From positions 1 to 64,000 of IMG/VR virus record IMGVR_UViG_3300021387_000661: a stretch of 64,000 nt of DNA; one strand, 5' to 3'. This DNA is from a virus. Taxonomy: Duplodnaviria > Caudoviricetes. A program made the translations under genes and the position numbers. Numbering within the stretch: position 1 is the first letter of the stretch; each line of letters opens with the position of its first letter. Under the pieces are notes generated by a model. It was not told the DNA's origin and did no database searches. It saw only the letters and a program-made list of their open reading frames with translations. Shown here in pieces: positions 48,221 to 58,430 of this stretch.

Positions 48221-49990
48221 TTAAGAGTTGTTTTTTAAGAGAGTATTAAGTTTTCTCTGCATACTGAGATTGTATGATGAACTGTCAACCTTATCAACAA
48301 AGAAGATGTTGAGCGGACCCAGTTTACCATCCTCTGGGGTTTCAGTATAGTAATTACCATCCCTGTCCTTCCATCCACCTTTTGGTATGAATATTTCATA
48401 TTCATTTATCTTCAGATTACCAAAGTCATCAAAACCTACCCTTGGGTCTTCGTCATATCCAACCGCAACTCTCTTTTGCTTTTCCTTGAATTCGAGGCCG
48501 GTCCAGGACATTTCATTGGTATAATAATATCCATTTATTATCGCCTTTTCATTCTCTTCATTGACAAAGAATACATCACAGGTATCAACACCATCAACAC
48601 CCTCAACAAGAGAAATAATATCAGAAAGAGGAACAATGTCATTCCTGTTTATGTTGAGAAAATATTTGTTGAGCAATGAACGGATACTTGACTTAATCTG
48701 TACCTTGTCAATATCCTCAAAATATCTGACAATGATATTAATCACATATCTCTTCACCGTAGGATCAACAATGTCCACTTCTGCATTGACCAACATTCGT
48801 CCTGAATTCTCCAGGGCATTTATTATTGATTGTTTTTCATAATCACTTAACAAGAATTCTTTTGCGGGGAGTTCAAAGAAGTCTTGGCTGTTTGAGAGTT
48901 TCTTTTTGATGTTTGGTATTATTTTCAAATAAACAATGTTATCATCAAATGTGTTTTCATCCTCTTTGGTATTATATGCATAGATGAATGAATACTGATT
49001 GTATTTAGAAAGATAACTTACATAGTTTTCAGGGGTTGCCAATACAAATGATTTACTTGCTTTAGGAGCAATGAGTTTTGTGAATTCAGGATCCTCAAAG
49101 TCACAACCAAGCATAGGAGGAGCAATGGTTTCAATGGTGAGTACATCATTGAGATTCACCTCATTTCCATATTCATCAACACCGGGATCATCAAAGATAT
49201 ATGTTAAATGTGTTGAATCTGCATTACCCTTGTAACCATCTGTTTTAATATATATTACTTCTATCATTGCCCCTGCTGGTGGAATTTTACCAAATTCACC
49301 ATTACCAAAGAAAATGGAAAGACCCACATTGACAGAAGATTTTACTATAAAGCATTCTGAACTTTCATATTCATCATCAGCAGGCATGTCATACAGACTC
49401 TCAACCCTTTTCCAAGGTTTACCATTCACAAGTACAGATACATTGTCATTGTCTGTCATTGATTTGACAATGGGGTTGAATGATTGAAGGGGAGTTCCAT
49501 CTGATGTGAATGTCTGACTTTCAACTTCACCCTGGGTGAAGTTGACATTTATAAAGTTATTGTCAGAAGTGTTGAGACGGATATATTCAGAAGGGAGATT
49601 CAAGAAATAAGTACACCCTGTCTCGGCTATGGTGAATTTTGAAAAGTTATTAATGGTGATATAATTACCCTCAATGAGATCTGTTGATGTGTTGAGCTTC
49701 AATGCCAACATACCATAAGCACTTCCACCCCTGTATGCATTATGTCCTGTCATCTGTGCAAGACCATATATAGTTTCCACATTCTGGGCTGTCCTTATGT
49801 TGAGCTCTTCTGCTGTGTGGGCAATATATGTGAATATGAGTTCAGCAATATTGGCTATTACTGTCAAAAGTTGTCCAAACGGAGATGCTGCCGTGAACAC
49901 GTGGATTGTCTGATTATATTTAGACTGTAAGAAAGATACAGCCTGTTCCATCAGTTCACTTGCCTTGAGTCTAGTTTTGGATAAAAACAT
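48221..49990 (-). CDS. baseplate wedge protein (T4 gp6-like)
   Basis: TAQNVETIYGLAQMTGH, IFFGNGEFGKIPPAGA.IEV.Y..TDG..GN; follows the gp25-like gene. Confidence 0.75.
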   Translation of the reverse strand: MFLSKTRLKASELMEQAVSFLQSKYNQTIHVFTAASPFGQLLTVIANIAELIFTYIAHTAEELNIRTAQNVETIYGLAQMTGHNAYRGGSAYGMLALKLNTSTDLIEGNYITINNFSKFTIAETGCTYFLNLPSEYIRLNTSDNNFINVNFTQGEVESQTFTSDGTPLQSFNPIVKSMTDNDNVSVLVNGKPWKRVESLYDMPADDEYESSECFIVKSSVNVGLSIFFGNGEFGKIPPAGAMIEVIYIKTDGYKGNADSTHLTYIFDDPGVDEYGNEVNLNDVLTIETIAPPMLGCDFEDPEFTKLIAPKASKSFVLATPENYVSYLSKYNQYSFIYAYNTKEDENTFDDNIVYLKIIPNIKKKLSNSQDFFELPAKEFLLSDYEKQSIINALENSGRMLVNAEVDIVDPTVKRYVINIIVRYFEDIDKVQIKSSIRSLLNKYFLNINRNDIVPLSDIISLVEGVDGVDTCDVFFVNEENEKAIINGYYYTNEMSWTGLEFKEKQKRVAVGYDEDPRVGFDDFGNLKINEYEIFIPKGGWKDRDGNYYTETPEDGKLGPLNIFFVDKVDSSSYNLSMQRKLNTLLKNNS

Positions 49991-50009
49991 ATATCTATGA
50001 TTTTTATTA

Positions 50010-50369
50010 TTATACTAAATAAGATGAAATTTTTTTATTATTTATTATAAGATCTACGATCATTGCCACATTCAAATCCCATTTTACAAATTGAACATCT
50101 ACATCTACATTATATGATCCATCAAGATAAATGAAAGACCTTATTTGTTCCATTATTACCTGTTTGATGTATTGTTCATTGTATGTTGTCTCAAAGAGGT
50201 ATTTACCCAGATTACATCCGAATTCAGGCATACAAAGGACATCACCTTTATTGGTGAACAAAATCATATCAACCTGCTGGATGATTTCATCAAGTTCACC
50301 AGTTATTTCAAGAATACCTTCTTTATATCTTGGTTCCTCCTCGGGAATTGCATAAATATCTCTTAACAT
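50010..50369 (-). CDS. baseplate wedge protein (gp25/GPW-like)
   Basis: ILFTNKGDVLCMPEFGCNL..YLFE. Confidence 0.8.
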   Translation of the reverse strand: MLRDIYAIPEEEPRYKEGILEITGELDEIIQQVDMILFTNKGDVLCMPEFGCNLGKYLFETTYNEQYIKQVIMEQIRSFIYLDGSYNVDVDVQFVKWDLNVAMIVDLIINNKKISSYLV

Positions 50370-51655
50370 TATTGAATTTCATTTACATTTGTTTTTTCAA
50401 CGTCATCATCTATCTCCGCCATTGATGTAATGACGGTGGTATCCTTTAATGAACCACCCTTCATAATACCACCCATCTTACCGAGAGCTCCGGAAACCCT
50501 ACAATCTTTTAATTTGATGTTTCTACTTATAAATGAATCTATAAATCTACTATCCTTACAATCTGCATATCCAAAAAGGTTACACTTGGTAACAGAAGAT
50601 TTTTCAATATTAGTATCATAAATGTCACAATTCCTGATTGTACAATTGATGAGTTCACTGTCAACAATATCAACCCCATTGAAATGATAACATTTCCGTA
50701 CTTCAAGATTCTTTAATTGAAGTCTGGATAAATCAGAATCATAGTTGATTTCCGCCTCTTTTATATCATTCTTGATGACAATGTCAAAGAGTTTGTCCTT
50801 GATGGCAGGGAAGATGATGTCAATGTCCATATTGTCATTGTTCAAGTCTTTTGTGAGCTTAATCTTCTTATATTGTCCCTTGAAACTTTCATAACAACTA
50901 AATGATCCAAAAATGGTTTTATATTCATCATCAAGTTTTTCAATCTTCTTCACCTCCTCATCTGTGAAATCATAAGACATACTTGTGTTGTAGAGAGTGA
51001 TTACCGTGTGGTTGATACATTTAAGAATCTCTTCCCATTTACCCCTGTAATCAATTTCTTGAGCATATTTGAATATGATGTAACCAAGTTTGATGGTAGA
51101 AAAGTCAATACCATAGATGTCTTCATCATCCATATATTTCAAACCATCCAACCTTTTTTTAATGGTTTCGGCACAAGATTCTAAATCCAATGGTTTGATG
51201 TCTGTTAATTTTTCAAAGTTACCATCCAATGTCAAATCACCAAGATGTTTTAAAACATAATCCTCATTGAACTCCAAAACAAATTTCATTACATTAATCT
51301 GATTGATGTCACAGAATCCATCATTGAAACCGATTCTGAAATAAAGATATGAGTTCTTTTCATCCTTCAGACCTTTCAATAGTTCAAGGATTTTAGGAAG
51401 AACAAACAGTGCTTCATAGTAACTGTACTGTGGAGTCTTTACAATACAGTATTTACCATCCTGGATGAGAACAGCATTGTGTTCTGTTGGTTCAAGGAGC
51501 TTATATTTGATGTTGGAAAAGTTTACATCTCTGTTGAGAATATCTTTGAGTTTTCCTAATAATACATTTTCATCATCTTTGAACTGACCCCTGAATTCAA
51601 AACCAAGTAAGGAGTTTCCTGTAATGTGGTCATTCTGGAATAAATTATTGTTCAT
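50369..51655 (-). CDS. degenerate amidoligase (COOH-NH2 ligase)-like protein with a beta-helix C-terminus
   Basis: LGFEF, KTP..SY.EA, YGIDF...GYIIFKY...DY align with amidoligase motifs; C-terminal 5-residue periodic repeats. Confidence 0.5.
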   Translation of the reverse strand: MNNNLFQNDHITGNSLLGFEFRGQFKDDENVLLGKLKDILNRDVNFSNIKYKLLEPTEHNAVLIQDGKYCIVKTPQYSYYEALFVLPKILELLKGLKDEKNSYLYFRIGFNDGFCDINQINVMKFVLEFNEDYVLKHLGDLTLDGNFEKLTDIKPLDLESCAETIKKRLDGLKYMDDEDIYGIDFSTIKLGYIIFKYAQEIDYRGKWEEILKCINHTVITLYNTSMSYDFTDEEVKKIEKLDDEYKTIFGSFSCYESFKGQYKKIKLTKDLNNDNMDIDIIFPAIKDKLFDIVIKNDIKEAEINYDSDLSRLQLKNLEVRKCYHFNGVDIVDSELINCTIRNCDIYDTNIEKSSVTKCNLFGYADCKDSRFIDSFISRNIKLKDCRVSGALGKMGGIMKGGSLKDTTVITSMAEIDDDVEKTNVNEIQ

Positions 51656-51720
51656 AAAGTATATACTATTATATAGGTATTTATGAAAAAAGGAGTGTCT
51701 TGTGTGACACTCCCTTGGAA

Positions 51721-52410
51721 TTAAAGATTGTATAAATCAAATGGTCTTCCATTTTCATCAAGACAAGATATGGAAATTGTACCATTGTATTTTTTGGGAT
51801 GAAGAATCCTGTGTGCCCCGGCAATACCAAAGTATGCGATTTGCGAACAAAATGCAAAAGCACTGTAAGGTCTTCCATTGACATCAACAGGTTCATACTT
51901 CCAAAAACAAGAACAGAGATCCAGGACAGCATTGGCCTTACAATCTTCACCATCATCAGGGTTAGACCAGTAGAAACTTCTTGCAATGTTTTCTACAATG
52001 AGTTGGAACATTTTTGCCAGTTTATCACTGACAACAGGTTTTCTCATTTGTATTTCAAGTGATGTTGCTTCCTCCCTGGTCAATTCACCTTCTTTGATAA
52101 GTTCTTCAATGTCAAGTTTTTCATACTCCCTCACCTTACGGATCCAATATGATCTCTCTGGCATATAACCATTCTTGATGGCAAGGTCATACTTTTCTTT
52201 TAATTCATTGTCATTGCTTTCAAAAAGGTAACCAATCTTTAGGATTTTTGAATTATCTTCTTCCACGTCTGATTCTGAATTGCCATTATCATATTGTGGG
52301 AGATTTGAATCAAACCCATAGGATACTGCTTTTTCATATCCATCAGTTATACATTTAAGGATCTCTTCTCTTAATTCCGCATTACTTAAATAATTTTTCT
52401 TTTTTGACAT
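51721..52410 (-). CDS. T4 gp55-like late sigma factor
   Basis: NYLSNAEL, LAKMFQLIVENIA, DC...AV.D....WKYEP, SAFAFCSQIA. Confidence 0.7.
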   Translation of the reverse strand: MSKKKNYLSNAELREEILKCITDGYEKAVSYGFDSNLPQYDNGNSESDVEEDNSKILKIGYLFESNDNELKEKYDLAIKNGYMPERSYWIRKVREYEKLDIEELIKEGELTREEATSLEIQMRKPVVSDKLAKMFQLIVENIARSFYWSNPDDGEDCKANAVLDLCSCFWKYEPVDVNGRPYSAFAFCSQIAYFGIAGAHRILHPKKYNGTISISCLDENGRPFDLYNL

Positions 52411-52488
52411 TTTAAGTAATAGATGTTGTATATATTAAATATAACAAAAGTAAAAATGTGGTGATTTTTTAAATCTCCACATTTTTTA

Positions 52489-52764
52489 TTATATACATAT
52501 TTGTATATTCTTTTTTGCAGTGATGATTTCATCATCATCTTTATAACAGGTGACTAATGATTCATCATCCAATTGACCAATCTCTGTTGCTGAAACCAAT
52601 ACCTTGTCACCTTTTTTTAAACCGTCAACAGGTTCAATGACTTCTGCCTCAACATAACCATTTTTTTTCATCTTTTTCTTGTCATGTTTGAGAAGGTCTG
52701 CATCAGCAGGGTTTTCAAGGAAAGTTTCATTAACAAATTCTTTGAAACTCTTTATCATTCCCAT
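52489..52764 (-). CDS. small protein with capsid-targeting-like N-terminus
   Basis: MGMIKSFKEFVNE. Confidence 0.7.
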   Translation of the reverse strand: MGMIKSFKEFVNETFLENPADADLLKHDKKKMKKNGYVEAEVIEPVDGLKKGDKVLVSATEIGQLDDESLVTCYKDDDEIITAKKNIQICI

Positions 52765-52766
52765 AA

Positions 52767-54347
52767 TTACTCCTCATATGTTTCCTGGAGTTCCTTTTCA
52801 AACTTCCTGATTTCACCTTCAACAAGTTCAAGGGCTTCTTTTACCTGTTCATTGTTATTGGTTTCTTGGAGACCGGCAATAAGCTGTGACCTCTTCTCTG
52901 AAAGGAATGAAAGGGTTTCCTTGATTTCATTTCTCTTTGACTCAATAACAGCATTCTTGATTCCTTCAGCCTGGAGTTTTTCTGAAAGGATAGCTGTAGC
53001 ATCATACTTCATAAACTCCTTGATTGAATCCAATGCTTCCTTTGCAGTTTTATAGTAAACCATCTCATTGATACCAAGACCAACATTTACCTTGTTTACA
53101 TAAACACCTTCCTGTACATTGATAACAGTCACAAAGATACCTGCAAGTTTGTCATTCTGGATAGTTGTAACAGGTGAATCAAGTTCATAAAGAAGGTCTT
53201 TTGACTCAAAGAACTTAACAAGTTTTTCACAGTTACCAATAGTCTCACGGTCAAAGATACCACATCTCTTAAGTGTCTCATTAAGGTCAATGATGGACAT
53301 CTCATTGATGTTATCTACACCAGTAAGAGAAATCTCATCTGTGTTGCAGTTGTATTCAAGGACCATATTGTTTTTACCATAGTAAACAAGCCTGTCTTTG
53401 TCTGCCTCATACTTCAATATTGAAAGACCTTCAAGTACATTGATATATTTTTTATCAGTAACTGTAGCCTCTTCAAGAGTCTTACCATCAAAGATGTAGT
53501 TCTTACCATTAAGGAAGAATACCTTCTTATTCTCATCAATAAGAATAGGTGAGAAAGTTTTTCTTACAGAACAGTTACCATTCTCATAGATTCTGGTATC
53601 AACCTCACCCTGCTCTGACTTCTCTTCAGCAACAATAGAAGAAAGAAGAGCCTTTGCATCATTGTGCCATGAGTTCTCAAGAAGGACATCTTTAAGTGCA
53701 AGTCTTACATTCTCCTCACCAATGAGAGTATCTACAAGACTTTCATAGAGATTAGCATATGATGGGTTTGATGTCTGATTAGAAATACTGTTTGCAAAGT
53801 TGGCTGCAACATAACTCCATTTATCAGCAATGAATGATTCAGCAATCATATTTCTGAAATCAGCAACAGGCATCAACCAATCATACTGTGCAAGTGCAGC
53901 ATGAAGACCTTCTGCTACAGTGTACTTAACAACTGGATTTACAAGTGTATCATCAATCTTGTAACCAGCCTTAATCTTTTCCTCCATTACTGTTTCATCA
54001 TTTTTTGAAATCTGGAGTTTTGCCATAGCATTCTCGATAATCTTCTGTGCGCTTGATGCAGAGAAACCAAGACTGTTGTCAGACTTCATTTCTTCAAGTG
54101 CTGCAATAGTCTTTTTAGACTGTGTGTGCAATTTTTCAAGTGTTAGTTTCATATCTTTATTTTCTTTTACAATGTTTATGTCTTTGTTAACCTGTGCAGT
54201 GTGCTTGTTATAATAGTCAAGGTGTGACTCCACCATCTCTGGAATCATACCCAACTGCCATAAAGACTGCTTGATAACCTCATCAGACTGACCTGTCTTC
54301 TTGAATGAAGCGATCAAGTTGATTAAATTTGTATTTAAATTATCCAT
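52767..54347 (-). CDS. putative prohead core/scaffold-associated protein
   Basis: late promoter; many (I/L/V)xE motifs; C-terminal coiled coil. Confidence 0.4.
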   Translation of the reverse strand: MDNLNTNLINLIASFKKTGQSDEVIKQSLWQLGMIPEMVESHLDYYNKHTAQVNKDINIVKENKDMKLTLEKLHTQSKKTIAALEEMKSDNSLGFSASSAQKIIENAMAKLQISKNDETVMEEKIKAGYKIDDTLVNPVVKYTVAEGLHAALAQYDWLMPVADFRNMIAESFIADKWSYVAANFANSISNQTSNPSYANLYESLVDTLIGEENVRLALKDVLLENSWHNDAKALLSSIVAEEKSEQGEVDTRIYENGNCSVRKTFSPILIDENKKVFFLNGKNYIFDGKTLEEATVTDKKYINVLEGLSILKYEADKDRLVYYGKNNMVLEYNCNTDEISLTGVDNINEMSIIDLNETLKRCGIFDRETIGNCEKLVKFFESKDLLYELDSPVTTIQNDKLAGIFVTVINVQEGVYVNKVNVGLGINEMVYYKTAKEALDSIKEFMKYDATAILSEKLQAEGIKNAVIESKRNEIKETLSFLSEKRSQLIAGLQETNNNEQVKEALELVEGEIRKFEKELQETYEE

Positions 54348-54382
54348 AATAAGGTATCTATTATATTAGTATTTATGCAAAA

Positions 54383-56083
54383 TTAAAGTTGACTAAATGG
54401 ATTACTGTTGTCCTTATCCTTATCCTTTTCATCATTTTCATTAGAAGTGTCATCAGACTTTGTTTCTTTATCATTTGATTCTTCATCTGAATCACCCTCA
54501 TCTGTATCTTTTGGTTTTTCTTCCTTTGATTTTTCTTCTTTTGGTTCTTCTTTCTTTGAAGATGTATCATCCTTTTCAGGTTTATCTTCTTTACTTTCCT
54601 TTGCTGCTTTTTCAGCATCTTCAGCAGTTTTTTTGGTGTCCTTTATGTCACTCTTAATCTTCTCTGTATCTTTCTGGAGATCCTTAATCATATCTTCAAT
54701 AGATCTTAATGTCTTCTTTTCCTTCTTTTCATCCTCTTCGTCCTTATCCTTCTTCTTGAAGTCCGCAAATGACATTACTTGACCGATTTTCTTTTCTTCA
54801 GGTTTTACATCCAATGCATTATTCTGTACATCTTCTGGCGCATTGTTGATGTCAAGGTCATTTAATGTTTTATGATGTATGGTATTAAGATAAGATGTAA
54901 ATGAGAGATTGTCATTCTGGTCTTTTGTCTTAATTTTATCATTTATCTTATCAATGATTTCATTGAAAATCCTGACAACACCAGGAGACATAACTAATGA
55001 CTTATAATCTTCAGGTTTCTTTGCTTTGAAACTACCAAGGAGAGTTTTGAAGATAGATTTATATTCAGGATTTTCCTTTAAGAGTTTTTTGGTAGTTTCA
55101 TTTGAAATTTCATTAAGGTCAACATCAAAATCAACATTGATGGATTCCTTAACTATATCATTTGTATCAACATCAAAATCTTCCAATTGGGATTTCTTAT
55201 ATTTGATGTATCTGTTGAATAATCTATAGAACAGTTCAAGATACCTTTGTGCTTCATCATCACTATGAAGAAGGATAGAATCCATATCCTGACCTGTCAT
55301 AAAAACTGCAAAATCTGATAATAGAACATCTGTGTTATCCTTGAATCCCTTGTTTGACTTGTTCTTCAAAATAATATTGGTCATATAAGGGTCAATGAGT
55401 TTTGCAGAAACAGGTTTGGTTACACCATCATCAGAAACAAACTTGAAGATGAAACCATCAATTGGTGAATCAAATCCATCATTCTGGAAAAGAGAATGTG
55501 TAAGACTAGGATTCAAAAGAGTGATAATAAACCTTGCAAATGAATCCTTGGTGGATCCACTCTTTAAATAATCATTCAACCTGTCCTTTTGATATTGTGT
55601 GAGATATCCCCTGAATACAGGTTCCTGATAAGCAATGTCAAACATCTCAGCCCAAGACCTGAGATCTTCAGCATCTTCAATTTTTGTTCCACCTGATGTG
55701 ATGATACAAGAGAGAACCAAGTTATTTTTTGGAAGAACTGAATAATTGATGAAACTTGGCTGGTGACTTGGAAAATACTTACAGACAAATGTCCAGTTGC
55801 TTGGAATCTTGTCTATGATTATCTTACTCAAGTTACTCAAATAGGTCATACCAGTTGAATAGAAGTTGGTCATAACTTTATCTGCAACTGTAATTTCTCT
55901 CTTGTTAACACCAGAACCTTTATAGAAGGTCAACTTCCTGTTGAGGTCTGCTTCTGACTTTACCTTTTTCTGGAATGATAAAGTAGCAGCATTGAGTTTT
56001 TCATTAACAATTACCTCTTTGTTTAAAAGGTTGTCTAAAAACTCCTGACCTTCTGAATTTAATATGTTTTGTAAACTTATCAT
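54383..56083 (-). CDS. ATP-dependent ligase (RNA-ligase-like) nucleotidyltransferase-fold protein with atypical motifs and an acidic tail
   Basis: VNEKLNAA (cf. EKxDG), IDGFIFKF (cf. EGxVxK), SAKLIDP. Confidence 0.5.
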   Translation of the reverse strand: MISLQNILNSEGQEFLDNLLNKEVIVNEKLNAATLSFQKKVKSEADLNRKLTFYKGSGVNKREITVADKVMTNFYSTGMTYLSNLSKIIIDKIPSNWTFVCKYFPSHQPSFINYSVLPKNNLVLSCIITSGGTKIEDAEDLRSWAEMFDIAYQEPVFRGYLTQYQKDRLNDYLKSGSTKDSFARFIITLLNPSLTHSLFQNDGFDSPIDGFIFKFVSDDGVTKPVSAKLIDPYMTNIILKNKSNKGFKDNTDVLLSDFAVFMTGQDMDSILLHSDDEAQRYLELFYRLFNRYIKYKKSQLEDFDVDTNDIVKESINVDFDVDLNEISNETTKKLLKENPEYKSIFKTLLGSFKAKKPEDYKSLVMSPGVVRIFNEIIDKINDKIKTKDQNDNLSFTSYLNTIHHKTLNDLDINNAPEDVQNNALDVKPEEKKIGQVMSFADFKKKDKDEEDEKKEKKTLRSIEDMIKDLQKDTEKIKSDIKDTKKTAEDAEKAAKESKEDKPEKDDTSSKKEEPKEEKSKEEKPKDTDEGDSDEESNDKETKSDDTSNENDEKDKDKDNSNPFSQL

Positions 56084-56110
56084 TCTATTTTCAAATTACT
56101 ATATTTATGG

Positions 56111-57019
56111 TTATTTAACAATCTTCCTGTGAATTAAATCTTCATTCAAATCTTTCTTCTTCAAGTCATCTAATGATTTTACCCTCATTGGTACTTGATG
56201 GGTGTTGGATTTTAATGTGGGTTCTTCTATATGATGTGCATAAACAGATTCTGCAATCTTTTCCATTACACCACCTGTCCTCATACCCCAGACACCAAAT
56301 TCATCTGGTCTGTATTCAATGATACCCTTCTGATCTTTAGGTACCTGAAGAAGAAGTTCATCAATCTCACAAAGAAGAAGACCATGTTCAAATGCAGGAA
56401 TGAAACACTTCATTTCAATACTGAACTCTGTTGAGAATTCCTTTTTGTCATTGAGTCCAAATTCTTGGGGAAGATTATGATTGTAATCTTCAGGTACTGT
56501 CATACAGGCATCAACATTGAACATACCAAAATCAACTTTGAAATAGTTTGGGTTTTTGTAAATCTTTGAAACAATCATTTCAGTTACTTTAAACAATTCA
56601 ATATTGTTTGCACATATGACCTTACAATCAAAGGAAAGAGTGACAGGGATCCACTCTACATTCAAGTAAAGTGTCCTCAAGACACCCTGACTCTCCCTCA
56701 CTATCTTTGTTCTGTTATACTTATTGGTCTGTTCTGCTGTATTTACTGTAAAACCAGTAAGGTTCACCATACATCTTGGTACATGTTCATAGTCACCAAT
56801 TGCCTTACCCATTTGAAGAGCATCATAGTAAAACTCATCTTTTAACATACGTTCTTGACCTGTAATAGAATACAAACAAGGTATGGTTACTTTTTGAACT
56901 GAACCATCATCTAGTCTATTATAAATATACATCTTCTTATTTAATTCAGCAAGAAGACATACTATCATAGACCTTATGAAAACATCATCTTTATTATATT
57001 TCTGATTATACTCACTCAT
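56111..57019 (-). CDS. T4 gp15-like tail sheath terminator
   Basis: FIRSMIV...IPCLY...VPRC.VNL.G...PVTLSFD. Confidence 0.65.
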   Translation of the reverse strand: MSEYNQKYNKDDVFIRSMIVCLLAELNKKMYIYNRLDDGSVQKVTIPCLYSITGQERMLKDEFYYDALQMGKAIGDYEHVPRCMVNLTGFTVNTAEQTNKYNRTKIVRESQGVLRTLYLNVEWIPVTLSFDCKVICANNIELFKVTEMIVSKIYKNPNYFKVDFGMFNVDACMTVPEDYNHNLPQEFGLNDKKEFSTEFSIEMKCFIPAFEHGLLLCEIDELLLQVPKDQKGIIEYRPDEFGVWGMRTGGVMEKIAESVYAHHIEEPTLKSNTHQVPMRVKSLDDLKKKDLNEDLIHRKIVK

Positions 57020-57501
57020 TACTCTTCTTCCTCTTCTTCAGGTTTTTCATATCCTGCATCATCAAGTGCCTTTGCAACCTTATCCAATGTCTTGTCATCA
57101 TCAGGGTCGATGCCAAGAAGATTTTCCACATCACCAACCCTGTCATTGAGGTCTACAATCTGGTCTTCTGTACTCATATCATCAAATCCTCTGTCATTGA
57201 CTTTTTCCTCTTGGTCAAAATCTTCCTCGTCCTCATCATCATTGATATGGATATAACCTGTAATCTGCGGGTTATAGTCAGCAACCATATTTTTTGTAAT
57301 ATAGTTGATGTAAAACTTGTTCTTACCATGGAGTTTAGTGTCAAGCATCTCTCTCCAACCTATTTCACGCTTGGCTCTGGATGTGTTAAGATACTTGATG
57401 ATGTCTTTATCAAATGCAAGATGCCTGGCCAAGTCCTTAACAATGTCCTTATCAGATTTCACTTCAAGAAGGAATTCTGTATAATTCTTTATATTGTTCA
57501 T
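57019..57501 (-). CDS. acidic protein with capsid-targeting-like N-terminus
   Basis: MNNIKNYTEFLLE; after CATAAATA at 57529. Confidence 0.65.
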   Translation of the reverse strand: MNNIKNYTEFLLEVKSDKDIVKDLARHLAFDKDIIKYLNTSRAKREIGWREMLDTKLHGKNKFYINYITKNMVADYNPQITGYIHINDDEDEEDFDQEEKVNDRGFDDMSTEDQIVDLNDRVGDVENLLGIDPDDDKTLDKVAKALDDAGYEKPEEEEEE

Positions 57502-57536
57502 ACTTTAATATATGTACATAGTATAAGGTATTTATG

Positions 57537-57569
57537 AAAAAGAGTGGGGTTGATATTCAACCTCACTCT
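57537..57569 (-). terminator. intrinsic terminator
   Basis: AGAGTGGGGTTGA/TCAACCTCACTCT with A tract on the left. Confidence 0.75.
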
Positions 57570-57603
57570 AAAAAACAACAAAACAAATATGACTACACAA
57601 AAA

Positions 57604-57843
57604 TTAATTATCAAGAACACCAAGTATCTGGGTTTCCTTTACATTGGCAATTCTCCAATCAGCCATTGTACCATCATATTCCTTCTGTACAATCCTGTTG
57701 GCCTCTTCTGTGGTCTTTGCATGCACCAACCATTTTTCCTGCCATTTCTTAATCTTTGGATTTCCAGCCCTGTCTTCCTGATCAGTCTCTTCCTGAAGCT
57801 TAACAGTCACTTCAAAATAATTGATTTCTACTTCTTTTGCCAT
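57604..57843 (-). CDS. DUF4494-like protein
   Basis: YFEVTVK...KK..EKWLVHA.T.EEA....VKETQI pattern of a Bacteroidota-associated family. Confidence 0.6.
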   Translation of the reverse strand: MAKEVEINYFEVTVKLQEETDQEDRAGNPKIKKWQEKWLVHAKTTEEANRIVQKEYDGTMADWRIANVKETQILGVLDN

Positions 57844-57845
57844 AG

Positions 57846-58430
57846 TTAAAATAATTTTACATTGTTATTGAGAATTTCATTTGGTAATTTACTTACTTCC
57901 TTCAAATCTTCTAGGATTTGTATCTGTAGATAGGAACTTAACCTCTTCCACATTGTCTGTAATCCAACACCACAATATTCACACACCAAAACAAATAATT
58001 GTGCCATTGTGTAGTCTTGCTTCATCTTTGGATAACAATAAATGATGATGTCATTTATTGTTTGATAATTTATTGTTACCTTGTCCTCACCAAGTAATAA
58101 TTCTTTGTACTTGGAATCTTCAATGATTTCTTGGAATGCTTTTTCAAACTCAACATCTTCATAAGAAGAATTGTATTGATAACTGTGTGGATCAATTGTA
58201 ATTTTTTCATTAGAAAAATCCTCTGTATAATCAACTTGATTCCACTTGTTATTCTTAATTTTTAATGTTCTGGATGTTTTAATTCTCTCCTCTACTGTTT
58301 TCTCACCTGATTTTTTTGAGAAAATATCTACACCATTTTCATCAAGGAAAGTTCTTTTATCTACTGCAATGTCTTCTCCATCATCTATTGGGTCAATGTT
58401 AAAATCTGCAACCTCATAATTATTGAGCAT
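57846..58430 (-). CDS. hypothetical protein; C-terminus weakly gp33-like (late transcription co-activator)
   Basis: LFVLVCEYCGVGLQTMWKRLSSYLQIQILEDL helical pattern; promoter motif A at 58458. Confidence 0.35.
   Translation of the reverse strand: MLNNYEVADFNIDPIDDGEDIAVDKRTFLDENGVDIFSKKSGEKTVEERIKTSRTLKIKNNKWNQVDYTEDFSNEKITIDPHSYQYNSSYEDVEFEKAFQEIIEDSKYKELLLGEDKVTINYQTINDIIIYCYPKMKQDYTMAQLFVLVCEYCGVGLQTMWKRLSSYLQIQILEDLKEVSKLPNEILNNNVKLF

Noticed and set aside
50351-50358. CATAAATA inside the gp25-like gene on the antisense strand
   Set aside because: No credible gene downstream; likely chance in AT-rich DNA.
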